Source of the DNA: Paraglomus brasilianum
Taxonomy: Eukaryota
Length of the DNA stretch: 53,544 bases
NCBI GenBank assembly: GCA_910592345.1
Contig: CAJVPI010000105.1
Span: 1-53,544, forward strand
Direction: 5' to 3'
The translations under genes and the position numbers were made by a program. The notes beneath the pieces were generated by a model. It made no database searches. It was not told the DNA's origin and saw only the letters and a list, made by a program, of their open reading frames with translations. Positions 35,835 to 49,532 of the stretch are shown piece after piece. Position 1 is the first letter of the stretch; each line of letters starts with the position of its first letter.

Positions 35835-37462
35835 CAGTATTAGAAAGAATTTTCACCTTCTAAGACGCAATACTAATTGACAACGACATAACGATAACGG
35901 TAATCAACTATAGCACTAGCAAATAATTAACCATGACAGGCATTTATTCAAATTTCGAAAACGAAAATAGTAATAATATAATTAATCAATACAAATATTG
36001 ACAGTTTGTGTGGGCGGACGAAAAATTATTGCACATGCAAAGTTGCATTTATCACTAGGTTCCAACTTGGACCAAGCCAAACGGTGCATTTAAAAAGTGT
36101 GCACTTGGAGAGCTTATAAAGTAAGAGCAGTTTACACGGCTATCTACTAAACGGAAAGTTTTATATTAATATGCACTGTAAATTTAACAGAGAAATTGAC
36201 GCGATTCTGAGATGATATGCACAGTCTTGATACTAAAATAAGACCGTTAGATAGGCTGATTACGATAATAATAAAGACATTTTCAATAAAATTGTTTCTA
36301 CACCTCTGTTTCATGAGCACGTTGATAACTACCTTTTAATCGTATCGCGCGATAATTATGTAGCAAACTACTTATCCTAAAAATTTTGTGACGGTAAGCA
36401 CGTAACAATCTCAGCAAGGATTACAGTGACGACACCACAATAATGTTGTGACGAGATTTAGTTATGACTGTTCTACCGTATCCTGATTAGTCTTAGGCTA
36501 ATGTCACAGAGAATTACAGGTTTCTGTAATGTAAGACATAATTCATAGTTTATGGTATGATTAGTAGAATACACTCGTTTAGAAACAAGGTTCGTGTTAA
36601 TATATGAAATATCAGTTGGGAAAACAATGATGTTGACCTTTTTAATCCAGTTGAAAACGGGTTATTTTCCATAATATCCAACTTTTCTTCCGAATATAAA
36701 CCAATCCAATAAAGACGTACGTGTTGCTAACGTAGAGCTAAAGTTAGAATAATGGAATACATTTTACACCAAGTCACACAGGATAAAATGTACAGGGAGA
36801 ACCTGAAAGAGCAAACAGGGGAATTCATGAATCAATTTATGCACAAATCATACGTGATGATGCTTGTCACACAAGTTTATGAAACGACGAAAAATAAATT
36901 GCCTTTTTTTTGGTCAGCAAATAAAATTCAATCGATTTCATAATGAAAGAAAAAAATTCGAGTCGGAAGTGTTATTATACGTGTATTTATTATATTAGAC
37001 AAGGTGAAGCAAACATCTCCCAATGGAACAAGATCTGTAATAGCATTTTATTAAACCATGACATCAACAGTAGATCAGCGTACAAACAGCAAACAGGGTT
37101 TAGTAGACATGGACAACGTATAAAAATAAATCGCGTTTCATATAGCGTAAATATAACATGGGAAGTCCAATAGTTTAGCCCGACAGTTCCGTATTATTAG
37201 TAAAGATAGTCTCTGCAAAGCCTAATAAACAAGAATCAATTCAAAGAAACAAACCCTATTCTACTCACCTTGCCTAAGCGTTTCGGATGTCGAACCCGTT
37301 ATAGTGGACTAGAAAACATATCGATTATGAAGCTCGTGATATAAACATCTTGTATCGAATTTCAACTGTAACACCTTGGATATCCGTGTGTGATGTAATA
37401 CAATAAACGTTGAGAATGTGCTCTCTCTCAGTGATTATACTTGAAAACTTCTTATTCAAACG

Positions 37463-40155
37463 ATGGCATTAGTTCCGGGGGTTAATAATCCAGCAATTGA
37501 CAACTTGGTCCAATCCTCCTTGGAAAGTAGACATGACTTAAGGCTTGAATGGATTCCTTACGAAGAAATCATCGACATAGAGCCAACTCAAATTGACAAT
37601 GTCTGTTATGCTACTCGCCAATACACACTAGACAATGGTGAAGTGAAAGAAACGATGGTAATGCTGCTATGCCTTGGAAACAGCGGAGAATGTACACAAA
37701 CACTTGTTAGTGAGTTTGCTAGAATATACTCACTTCCAACACACAAGTATGATGACGATATTAGTCAATTTAGACGGTATTCCATTTGGCTTAGGAGTCG
37801 CAACTGGAGGATACACGGATTCACCAATTATAAAGACAACTATTACATGGTTGCTAATAGAGAGTTTTACCACAGTTATTCTCTCTATGGCTTCTGCACT
37901 GCATGTGGAATACTCCGATGCAGTCCCGTGTGGTGCATTTGCGGGCATAAACAATTATCCGAAGGATGGACTAGCAACAATAAGCAACTCGATGACTTTA
38001 TTAAGAAATCTCAATTACAAACAACCTCACCAAATCATGCCTATTTGGAATGGATTCCATACGATTGTATTCGTGATGTGGACGTTGTTGGTTTACCTGC
38101 TAGTCGATGTTTAGTTGTTACATTGATTCCACTTGAGATAACAGACAAGACACATGATTTATATTATGCCGAGGTAAACTATTTACTTATGTGTCATGTT
38201 TATTGAATAGTTTAAATAATTATTGACTTATCATTATGTATTATTTCCACTAGTTATGTGATAAGCATCCAGATATTCTTACCACGGATGTTTGGTTTAC
38301 CATCGGGTTTACATATGATGCAAGTAAACAAAAGTATTGTCTCATAAAAGAATTTTTTAGGCATGGATTATGTCTGGCATGTACACAGCAATTAGAACGT
38401 AGGATAAATCTATTCTGTTTCAAATGTAAATCCCCAACGCCTCCTGATTGGACTACAGGCAACAAATCCTTGGATTCATTCATTATGAAATCATGGAAGA
38501 ATACAAAGAATGTATATGATGCATATATACAATGGATAGAATATTCTCAATTGATGAACATACAACAAATGACATCATTACGCCATGGATGCACACATAT
38601 AGCAGAATGGACAACAAATGAATCGACGAGAGTGATACTCAAAGAGATAGTTGACGAACAGAATGATCAGTTATTTGATTTTCATCAGGTAAATTATTTC
38701 ATGTGTAAAATTTATTAATGTGTGTATTGTGCATTTAACAATTGTATTTATTATTCAAATAGCTAACTAAGGAATACCCGGAGATATTAACACCTGATAA
38801 TATTTGGATAATTGGGATCACTAAGGAGCCATCTACTACTACTACTACTACTACTTGGACACACAAAATCATTAGAAAACTGTGCTTAATAAAGGACACA
38901 CAAAATCAAGAGCCATCTACTCGGAAATATTATTTAGTTTTCTACCACGACATATACTCACTATTGGATAGATTTATACGAATTAACAGAGATGTAAAGT
39001 ACATACAGTATGGCGACTTTTATGAACTCAAAGAGATCGGATCTGGTGGTTATGGAGTAGTTTATACTGCCAGATATAAAGGCGAGAAAACTGTTGTACT
39101 CAAATGGTTTAAGAGTTTTGATGAAATGCCGGAATTATTTATTTCTGAGGTAAGCAATAATGGGTAGTATTAATTAAAGTGATATTTAATTTGACTTCTT
39201 ATTTATTCAATAGCTCAGAAATCATGCCAAGTGCGTAAACAGCAGTATTTCATTCCTTACAATTTATGGATTCACACAAGACCCAGAAACAAAAGAGTTC
39301 ATGATTGTTATGCAATATGCTAACAATGGTAGTCTTTTGTCTTATTTGGATCAAAATATTAACAAATTGACATGGAGAATGAAATTAGATCATTTGAAGC
39401 ATATTGCATATTGTCTTAATGATATCCATCACGTGGGATTAGTGCATTGTGATCTTCATGGCGGAAACATAGTTTTGCATTATGATGATGATGATGATTA
39501 TGATGATGACATTATGCATGAGACACGACCATTGATATGCGATCTTGGTCTTTTTCAATCAGTGAATTCATGTCAACAAAATTCAACCATTCGAGGCGTT
39601 TTACCTTTTATTGCACCGGAAGTCTTCCATACTTGCAAATTTACTCAGGAATCAGATGTGTATTCTTTTGGTATCATTATGTATTTGATTGCTACTGGTG
39701 AACCACCTTTTAGAGATAGGCAGTTTGATAGAGATTTAGTATGCAACATTATGGGCGGACTACGACCATTGATGCCTGATTCTGCACCAGAGGAATACAA
39801 GGAAATTGCCAAGTGGTGTTGTGATGCTGATCCTGATAAGCGTCCAGATGCATGGACACTTTGGTGGTTGTTTATTAATATTAGGAATCTTGATATAGAG
39901 CTGGACAAGGACAATTCTAATGACAGCACATGGAATACCATTTATCATAATGATGTAAAACCCTTGTCACGTCTTGAGAAGGAGGGTAAATATTCTAGTA
40001 AGTCCCTACCTACTGGAGATTTGCCTAAACCAAGGAACAGCTATGATATGGATTCAGCTGCAGGTATGAATACAACATGTTGATATCATGAAGTCAATTT
40101 ACAATATTAACATTGTCCATTATCTTATAATTTAGTGACTCATAATATTGAATAA
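37463..40155 (+). CDS. TKL-family protein kinase with tandem N-lobe-like/Cys-motif repeats, ~800 aa, catalytic motifs intact
   Basis: Exons 37463-38173, 38254-38688, 38763-39149, 39214-40063, 40136-40155 (2403 nt, in frame). G-loop IGSGGYGVVY, VVLK, FISE (alphaC), HCDLHGGN, DLG, FIAPE. Upstream repeats carry LEWIP/IQWIE, CxxC..C..C and WTS/WTTG. Confidence 0.85.
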
Positions 40156-40412
40156 GCTTGTCATTCAAGGGTTTACTCCTATATCATTTATGTCTATACA
40201 GACTGTTGACAAAGAATTATTCTACATATGTGAATTGGCCTATACTATTTTTACCATTTATTTCGTCTAATTACTTTCGACTTGATTACTACTCTTAGTC
40301 GTAGTCTTATCTTCTCAAAACAATATGTAAATACAAAACTATTTTTCATGCCTAAGCATGACGTATTACTCCTACCAGCTCTGTGATACATTGTGGAACG
40401 AAGTAGTACAGT

Positions 40413-40841
40413 TGTCAAGAATTGCTAAGCGCAGAAGATAATGGCGAAAGCTATAATTAGCCAATCCCAATATATCGACAACAAATCTCGCCATCTATCC
40501 AAAAATCTAGTGAAACGATAATTAGTTATAAATACAAGTCGTAGTTAATAGTTGAACATCATTTTCTTTCATTCTAATAAAGATCATATTTTATTATAAA
40601 CATTGTTATTTTGTTTATTCCCTGGTAAAGATATCTGCGTCGTTGGCGAAGCGTAAACCGCTTTTCCCGTCATCGGCGAATAGGATTGATACTTGCCAAT
40701 CGATTCTATTTAGTACTTTAGTGTAGAGAGTTAATTACCCCGACCGGTAGGCTTTGAGACTAATCCCATGCTTCCGTCGGAAAAGGACTAAATCCCAAGG
40801 CCAGTGCACCGCCGCTCTCCCAGGTGTAAGCTAGCTCGACA
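40413..40841. mobile_element. Candidate solo LTR (~430 bp)
   Basis: Ends TGTCAAG / CTCGACA (near-inverted). ACAGT precedes the left end and recurs overlapping the right end. Internal TATAAATA. Confidence 0.35.
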
Positions 40842-42399
40842 GTAACGTCTTAAAGTTCTTTCGAACAACGTTCAGAAGAAAAGTCATGAACTAAGGATGT
40901 CACTCGATTTTATGTGCCAACCTTCTTAATGTTTATAAATTTTAAATAAAATAAATTCTGCTATCATGGTTCTTTTTTGTTACTGGCGACAATAACTTGA
41001 CCGCGCAATATTCATTGGGGTAAACTACAACAAAGCCAGACATTTTAGTGAGGCTTTGCTTGATTTATAGCTGTGGCTCTTGCATGAATCCACAAACTAA
41101 ATTTTAATTGCATTGTTATTATATGTGTGACTAATATTCAAATGCTTAAGCAGGATAAGAATGTATCAGTACAAAACAAAAGGCAAAAAATTTTGGACAA
41201 AAGGAATTAAAATTAGTAACGGCGTTTCGAAATTTCTGCGACAGGCGCAGTAATAGCAAAAACGGTTCGAAAAATCTGCGACAGCACAAATGCCATAATT
41301 AATTTATACTTTATTCAATTGATCTTCATAGAATTAGTAGTTTAGAAGCGTTTCACTTTTTCTGCGGTGCTAAAAGATATATAAGTAGCTCAATTTCCAT
41401 CGTCAAATCCTCATGTTGTGAACATCAAACGTGAAAGTTGTTATTTAAATAAATCAATACTACTGATCTTAGTAGTATTCTCTTAACTCCTTTATTATCA
41501 ATATTCATTTAATTTCTATCGTCGAAATAATTGATTATTAGGCCGGACACTCTCGCTTAAACTGTAACGGAATAGCGTTGATTTGATCAAGCTAGTAAGC
41601 TGTCCGTGGATCAATTACGTAAATAACGGAACGAGAGTTCATAATTAATTATTCTTTGATTAGTTTAGCAAGACAAGTGACGGATACCGACTAGTCGAAA
41701 CACAAATCGAAGATAGCCCTGTTTATTTTGTTCCCCTTCGATTCTTTAATAGAATAATTGTTGTTACTATTCTATTAGAGGTACCCTTATTTGTATTCAC
41801 GAGTGTTTGAAACTCGGATAGGGAGTGAGAAGCGCGCATAATAAAATAGGTCACTTGAGGCTTAATTCAGTCTTAATACAGATATATTTCCATATCTTAA
41901 TGACGAGAGTGAGTATAATAGTTTTAAACCTCAAACTCCTATTAAAATTCAAGTTGGCATTGTGATTCAACTATTAGCAAATCCTCTGGGATATTAATAT
42001 TGCCAACTAGAACAAATGTTGAAGCCATTCTGGACACCCTCAACATTATTATCATTATTTGTATCAATCCAACCTGCATACATTGTATAATAAAGGATCC
42101 GAGGGTTTTTTTGCTGCTTAGGCATTGCAATAAATATGAAAAAAAAAATTTCTTGACTCAAATTAATAAATAATGTATGTTCTATCCCATGTACTGCTTT
42201 CGTCACATCACATCGATCATGCGATATCAGGCAAAAGTTTGAATTATGTTCATATGAAAAATAACAATTTCCAACCCCCACCAAATAACTTCCATTTTTA
42301 TCATCGATTTCCAAATTTGATCAGGAAATCAAGCTGTTGAAGCCCTAAGAGAAAAAAATTTAACTAGAAGCATATACGTGTAATAATTTTTATTTACTA

Positions 42400-44013
42400 T
42401 AAAATTATTCAATACTGGCTTGGGACAAGTAATGTCTTTAAATTCATCTCTGACAAATGAATGAATAATATTATAAAGATATTTTTGTCTTTTTTAATCC
42501 AAGAGGAGGGGTTAGTACTAGCATGGAAAAAGTTTGGTAATTTCAGAAGCACTTGCTTTTCTAGTTTTTAACAAATTAAATTCAGTATAAACACCATTAG
42601 CAACCAGCTGGGCTTTGACAACTCCAGGCTGAAGAGAAAATGCTGATTTTTTGTAAACCACTCAATTTCTTAAAGAAAATTCCCAATATAGAGTTAAGAT
42701 CTAAGTACTGAAACCCTTTTCCGTTGTCATAACACTAAACCTTGTTTAATCCCACTGCACTTAATTTTTAACAATATGATCCACACAATCTACAGTTGTT
42801 TTGCGGTATAGTTTCTTAATCAATCCAAAACTTGCCATCGCACTTGAATCTAGTATGTCCAGGCACCATAAAGTTTAATTCAATACTTTCGTAATAACTG
42901 CAATTACCAAATACAAGTAAAATCAAATAGTGGCATTATTTTTATTCTGTTCATCAGCATTATCACAAGTAATCTTTAGCCTTTATGTAATCTCTTAATT
43001 CCATCAAATACCATGCTTAGCATGTGTGCCATTAGGATCTTTCCCTACTATTTCGTCCTCATCGAGAACGTAATTAATTTGTTCTTCATCTTAAATACCA
43101 AATAAGTGTACTTTACGCGGACTGAGATGGTAAATCTTACTTACCTACTGATCAGAATGTGGAACGTGAACATTTTGTGCTCAATCGTATTTGTAATGAA
43201 CAGTCGCGTCAGCACTACAATAATCAGCTTTCCCTCTAATCATAAAATTCTCATCTACCAATTTTATCTGTTGTCCTGCTAACTTCGTTGTAATAATTTC
43301 TTTCTAATTTAGCCTTAACCAGTTTTTTGTATTTTTTCAACAAGTCTCTTCCTTGCGAGCATTATGCTGTAAGCCATTCCGAAAATGTTGACAGGTATCG
43401 TTAAATCCGTTCTCGGACTCATAATTTGGATATAAAATGCCATAACTTGCGCAAATGCACCATATTTTAACAATTTCAACGTATTATCGTTTTCGACACC
43501 TGTAACAAAATTACGATAGACCGATTTGTAACTCGTTTCGGCTGGTAAGAGTATAAGCGATTGAGTAATGCGGTTGACATTTTTACCAAAATTAGTAATC
43601 CATGAATTTCAGCATAATTTTCAAGAAAATTCTTCACGGCTGTAGCAACGGTTATGTCAATGGTTATTTTTGTTTCCATCGCGGCACTTTTTTTACACTA
43701 CCATAAATGCGCAGTATTATACCATTCGTCACTAGGTGATTTCTGACGTTTTCCAAATGAGTGCGGCCAATTCCTAACATATTGAGATACGTTTTCTGAC
43801 AAAGCGGTGTATTGCGATCTCAGCAGTAAAACGTGTACGTGTTTTTTTTAAGACGTCGACTAGTACCCCATCCATAGAGCCATCTTGTTCGGGTTTGATA
43901 AGAGCTTGAAAATCTTCTCGCAATTTAGCAAATTCTTCTTTGGGCAGCTTGGCTGAGCAACCGCAACCACATCCCACTTCCAGGAAATGAAGAGCCTTCT
44001 CGTATTTGTTCAT
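42400..44013 (-). mobile_element. Degraded DDE transposase, Sola1-like (DNxxxQNKN / GHT..CD type); family label tentative
   Basis: Ordered fragments with stops and frameshifts: GCGCGCS..FAKLREDFQAL, AVKNFLENYAEIHGL, AQNVHVPHSDQ, SPRKVHLFGI, QINYVLDEDEIVGK, CDNADEQNKNNA, ELNFMVPGHTRFKCDG. Termini not identified. Confidence 0.7.
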
Positions 44014-44379
44014 GATTGTGTTCGCCTACCATATATATATACAGTCTAATTTTGTAAATTTTTCTAATACCATAGACGCTAAATGAGAGCCACTCCGATG
44101 GTGTGTTTAGTAACTTAGTAACCTAGAAAAAATTTTGTATCACGTGAAATTGTTCGGAACGGTAAACAAATCGCGTGCCATATTTGTGAAGATAAACAAA
44201 TTTCACACTTTATTATTACCACTAATATTAGACTCAAAGTAAACGTTTTCTAATTTCAACGCAGCCGCCAATGTGAGCCTTTACTTAGCCAATATTTACT
44301 GCAGGACAGCAAGGAATCTGCCACATGTGAACTTGGCAAAGATGGCAAGACTGGTGGTAAATATGAATTTAACAAAGGC

Positions 44380-44560
44380 TGCACCACACCATACATTAAC
44401 TTTACTCACATGGGGGCATGGTTGTTATATTACTGGACAGCATGGTTCAGCAATGAGCCTGACCATTTGCTTTTTGAACTAGAAGCCTATAAACAACAAA
44501 GTATCCATTTACTAAACAGACATTTAGACATTTCAAAGGAGACATTATATCATATCAGAG
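44380..44560 (+). mobile_element. Possible hAT transposase C-terminal fragment
   Basis: WLLYYWTAWFSNEPDHLLFELEAYKQQ followed by frameshifted YPF and TFRHF/GDIISY-like segments, recalled as resembling the region preceding the hAT dimerisation domain in fungal elements. Resemblance only. Confidence 0.3.
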
Positions 44561-45306
44561 GTCACATTAGGACATTGGAATTCTTTATTGAGAAATTCTT
44601 GGAGCCAAAGCTGCTGCTGAGGTTGAAGTCAAAAAAATTATATCAGATGTTGTATCTAAATTCGGGATCACTATCTTATTCTGTTGACAAATTATACAGA
44701 ATGGTTGACATTGGCCATCATATTTTGGTGGTCCGGAGGCAACCAGGATGTTTTTTGAGAAAGGCGTAAGCTCGAATCGCAAAGAAAACAGGGTTGCAAA
44801 TTGTTTAGAACGGCTCCGGTACGAGGGCGTGTGGATTACCCGGAATAGGATTGCTTAGTTACAAGTCTCACTAATCGATGGAATTGATATTTGTGTGCTT
44901 TGTATAATTACTTCTAGCAAGCTATCGGCTGACTACAAGAGTCTTGAGCCAGGATTGTTTTTTTGCAGGAAATACAGCAAATAAACATAAAAATTATCCC
45001 AAACTAAGCGGCAATTAAAGCAAATATCTCCTTTCTGATTAATTCCAACTATCTTGGGAGCAATGGGAAAATTTAGAACGTCAGATGTTCACTTTGTCTG
45101 GTTCTGTTGCAGCAGTCTACCCCATTTGGTATTTAACTCTGAAATATACGTTCACCGCGTGGTTGAGCTGTTAAATAAACTACAATTTGTTAAAATCCGT
45201 TATATGGTATTTGGTTGAGGTATAGAGCTAGTTAAGGTCAGCGATTCAATTCTGTCCTAGCGGTTTAGTTTTATTAACTTTGAATACATACAATCATTGT
45301 GCCAAT

Positions 45307-45957
45307 TCAGGAGACTTTAACTTTAGTTGGTTCTTTTGAAACGTAGTTGTTGTATTGTAGTGACAACCAAATTAACGAAATACCTGTAATTGTAATAAAC
45401 AATTGAGTTTATTTGTTCAAAACGTCGAAATAATTGAGCAAGCTGTTAGACTGACTTACTTGACACAATTATTGGACTAAGGGATCCCGGATTGAATTTA
45501 GCAGTTTCAAAAATAAACAGCTCGGTTGTGTAATGGAACATCACAACCACATACGTCCAAATAGAAATCCGATAAATCCTGAAAGAGAAAAATTCCAACA
45601 GTTAACAAGGTAAAACGTCGAGCCGAGTAAACTTGATATTCGATACATACGCTTTGTTGTGTAAATTATACGCTGCATACGCTCTCATGATGGCGACGAT
45701 GAATGTCCAGGTCCCAAAAGTCCGTGCCATCAACGGCGTAACTACATATAAATCAAATATATAGAATCTGAGAGAAAGTTCGTTCATATCACTTGTTATC
45801 TCTCCTTTTACGTACCTTCATCGGGCTTAACATCGTAGACACCCTTGGTAAGAGAAAGAGTATAGAAATTTTGAAATGCATTAAAAAAAGCTAAAGATGA
45901 TACAAACAGCATCCATTTGGGCAATGCGCCCGCTGGGAGAATATTAAAAATGGCCAT
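45307..45957 (-). CDS. ERG28: Ergosterol biosynthesis scaffold protein Erg28, 142 aa
   Basis: Exons 45957-45816, 45741-45651, 45578-45460, 45383-45307 (429 nt, in frame). LPKWMLFVS..FNAFQNF, VTPLMARTFGTWT, RAYAAYN, HYTTELFIFETA, SPIIVS. Confidence 0.92.
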
Positions 45958-46080
45958 AGGATATGAGATTAGTGGAAAGAACGAGAGAGACGAAGGTGCT
46001 GTGGTACAATTTAGTTGAGATCGGCCAATAATATTAAAAATAATGATAATAAATTCGGACTATTCGAGTCTCATTATAAT

Positions 46081-46089
46081 TCACGTGAT
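46081..46089 (-). promoter_or_regulatory. Possible SREBP/bHLH E-box (ATCACGTGA) upstream of ERG28
   Basis: Exact ATCACGTGA on the minus strand ~125 bp upstream of the ERG28 ATG. The same motif also occurs elsewhere in the window. Confidence 0.2.
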
Positions 46090-46543
46090 ACGAACATTGA
46101 ATATTATATTACTATTACTGTTGAGTTAACCAGATCATCTTCTTCTAATTGCCTTCTATTATCAAGCCGAGGGACTCGCGTCTCTCACAACTTTTGGATT
46201 TACAACAAAAAAAAATTAGTAGACGGCGTTAACAAAACTGCAAAAACCTCTTCAGTTGGTGAAATTTGACAGAAACGAGCCATAGGTTAAATGATTCTAG
46301 TGTCTAATACACAGTATTTAATATTACTTTACGCTTTGACATTATTTGTTCCAATTAATATGATTTAAACTTGTAATCTATATTAAATCTATTTTACACT
46401 ATATCACAATTAAGTAATCACTAGTTAATTATAAACCGTCCTTTCACAGAATCACTAATAATCCGATATTATAATAATTATACCTTCCTATTGATTCCTT
46501 GTTCTTCCTCCTCCTAATGTATTAGTATTATCAAACACTCTCC

Positions 46544-48231
46544 CTAGTTTCCTTCCCAATTAATTACATCGCCATCACCAACTTTCCTATCCTCACTCAA
46601 ATCGTCTCCCTCATTTTCCTCACGTCTTCCAACACCCAGATCAGACAAACTGATCGTACTCGCCGTCTGCCCTCCAAGTTTTCCATAAACTCCGCCTTCC
46701 TGAGCCCAAACAGACTCTATTCTGAAAAATATCCACATCCATCGCCTCACCACTTCTAACACTTCCATCATAAACACACCGGCTTGCAATTCAGCAATGA
46801 CATGAAGGTGAGATGATATCTTTAAAGACCAGGTGAAGCGTAGAAGAAAGTCAAGAAGGATGGCAAAATAGTAAGAGAGCGGCTCGAATGTGAGGTTTGG
46901 ACGAAGAGAGAAAGAAGGAACAAAGGTCTTGAGGGAGCTGGGCGTAAAAAAGTTGAGCTGCCAATCCATAGCCACGTCCCAGTAGAAAGAATACATAGAA
47001 TTTATCGCTACAGAGATGAGCCTGAGAAGGAGAAAGCACATGTGTGTAAATATTTTTGATTCTACAGCCGATCATAATCATTTCACGCTAGGCCTAACAA
47101 ACTTCCGCTGACCTGTACTCACCACAATGTATGTATATTATGATCACCGATCCACATTCCCTCCTCGGTTGTTGCATAGTGCTTTTGCAAAGCAGAAAAA
47201 AAGATAACGGGAAGTGCCGAAGTGTATTTTAGTGCATTAAATAAATGACGTTTCTTCGTGCTATTGGATGCCCAATATTCAGCCATGCATTGTCGAAATC
47301 GAACCAAATAAGGTAAACTAGAAACAAAACGAGTAAAAAAAGATGAATTTAGCGATTCGAGAAAAATACCCTTTATAGCACTTGTCCATGTTTTCACCTC
47401 TTTTCCAGTGCCCCTCCTTTCCTACCTTGTAAACAGAGGTGCAATAACATAGCTCCAACAGCGATTAGCCGAAAAGTTCTGTCCTCCGTTGGTCGTTATA
47501 AATAGCAAAATACAAGCAGAGACATATAAATCACCAAGAACTTTCGCAAAAGAGGTCAATATATCGGCAAGTATGGTATCGGAGAAATGCACTTCAGAGT
47601 GGAAGCCCGAGAATAGGACGCGACAAAGACATCTGTTAGAGTGAGATAAATCGGATAGATGAAAGAGATGGGATGGACATGAGAATTGTTGGGATTGGAT
47701 GGGATGAGATGGAGTGAATGAAATGAGGAGTAACACTATAGTCTTTTCTAGATATGGTGGTGTCTCTCAAAGCACTCTTGGCTCTCATTGACATATTACT
47801 ACAACCCCCCTCCCTCATTACTCCTCCACATACCTCATAAATTTAAACCTCTCTCTCCTCCTAATAATATCAAACGGACACAACAACATCCCAAACACAA
47901 CTGCGTAACAAATCAGCGGCAGCACCGTCCATTCTCCAACTGCGACCACATCTCCATTTGTCACTATTCGAAACACCCAAAAATTTCCAACTATCCACAG
48001 GCTCAGTGTAAGCGCGATTGAGTATATGGGCTTATATGATGAGGTGGTTTTGTCTATGTGGAACAAGAGAATAGAGGGTACATCTATGGAGAACAAGGAA
48101 AGGAAGTGAACATTTGTGGCCCATGCCCAAAGACCGAAGACGGAGACAAACAGAACGCGGTAGGGAAGTGGGAAGTCTGTAGAGAATGTCCAGTTTGTGT
48201 AGGGCGGTACTGTGGGACTGCCGACGTCCAT
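46544..48231 (-). CDS. ERD1: EXS-family membrane protein, Erd1-like (no SPX domain), 425 aa
   Basis: Exons 48231-47834, 47632-47426, 47317-47123, 47021-46544 (1278 nt, in frame). PLPYRVL, DTILADILTSFAKVLGD, LPYLVRFRQC, HLFNALKY, NSMYSFYWDVAMDW, LRFTW, EVVRRWMWIFFRIE. Confidence 0.88.
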
Positions 48232-49238
48232 TGGAAAAAGAGGGGAAGGCGAGGGTCAATAACAAACAATAAACGAAAAAGAGAATCCAAAGTGGAATTT
48301 ACAAAAAGTATGTGTGACACAAGTCATTTAAATGATGAATAACCAAATCGAGTTAGTAAGCTTGGCACATTGTAAAGCTTGGCACATGTAAGAGGTTCAT
48401 TTGAACTAGTCGCAAAAGGATAATTCTTTCAACAACAATTTATCAAACTACACAAATTAATGAGGCGAAGATGAATGACAACACTTCCAAATCGATTGTA
48501 ATTAATGTATACTTTGGGAATAATCATTGTGAACAAGCGAAAAAAATAGAATATTGCCACGGGCTAAGTCTCATGAAATAAGATTAAGGTTAGAAGCGTT
48601 AGATATATATATTCTAATGCGCGACAGGTTTGGAAAGTATCATTAAGCTCATTGAGTACAATATTAAAGTCAATACTCCATCCACATCTAAGCAAAGTGT
48701 GTTCGTTTCATCGCTTTCTATATAATAAACTGGGATATTGTTTATACTCCAGTGTATAACATAAGGAGCTCGCCTGTTTGATCTGCTTCGGGAACTGCAT
48801 GAGTTGAAACTTCTGGATTTGCGTAGATAGGATTCTTTAAATTTGGAATAGCAATTTCAATTCCAGTCGTGTGTTGCTGAGCAAAGTTAATCCTAACTAA
48901 AGCGTTGTCAACTTGTTAAAAAAACAACTAAAGAATTCAGATCAGATAAGTCAAGCTATTTAATTTCCATTTTCCTCTGTAGAAATTAAGACAATTACAT
49001 TCGGTTAATAATAGTTTTTATATCTTGTTCCAATAAATGAATCTACTTTATTATTATAGACATACATTAACAAAGTTAAGCCGCAAAAAAAGCCACTATA
49101 GACTCCTGATAGACTTTTGCATAAACTTCGGTGTCGAAAAAAAAGTAATTATCAACACACGGAGAAAATAATTTATCACTAGATTGCGAGTCTATAAGAT
49201 GTTACGTAATTTTTAGGGAGTGAGTGATCGTACGATTA

Positions 49239-49532
49239 CCGTAGAGCACTGAATATAGTACCCCGGGTACATATCTAGAACACCTCAAGTTTTTGAATTG
49301 TACCCGGGGGATGTACCCGGGGTACTATGTACGGAGGAGGGTACTATTTTAGGGGGTACTTTGAAATTCCTCGCATTGTACTATTACCATAGTATATGTA
49401 ACACGTGACGTACGATAAACTATTTGTACCCGGGTACATTTCAAAAACTTTACCAAAAATTCCTGAATTGTACCCGGGTCCTAATTTAGGGGAATACTAT
49501 TTAAGGGGGGTACTATATTCAGTGCTCTACGG
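49239..49532. mobile_element. 294-bp pogo/mariner-type MITE
   Basis: Perfect 26-bp TIR CCGTAGAGCACTGAATATAGTACCCC (49239-49264 / 49507-49532), TA on both sides, multiple internal GTACCC(C)GGG repeats. Confidence 0.85.

Noticed and set aside
41676..41705. GACTAGTC-GAAAC resembling a minimal Penelope-type hammerhead ribozyme
   Set aside because: The required CUGANGA core is absent (GTGACGGA) and no convincing stems I/III were found.
48357..48392. Tandem AAGCTTGGCACAT direct repeat upstream of ERD1
   Set aside because: Two copies only, consistent with simple slippage. No known factor site can be supported.
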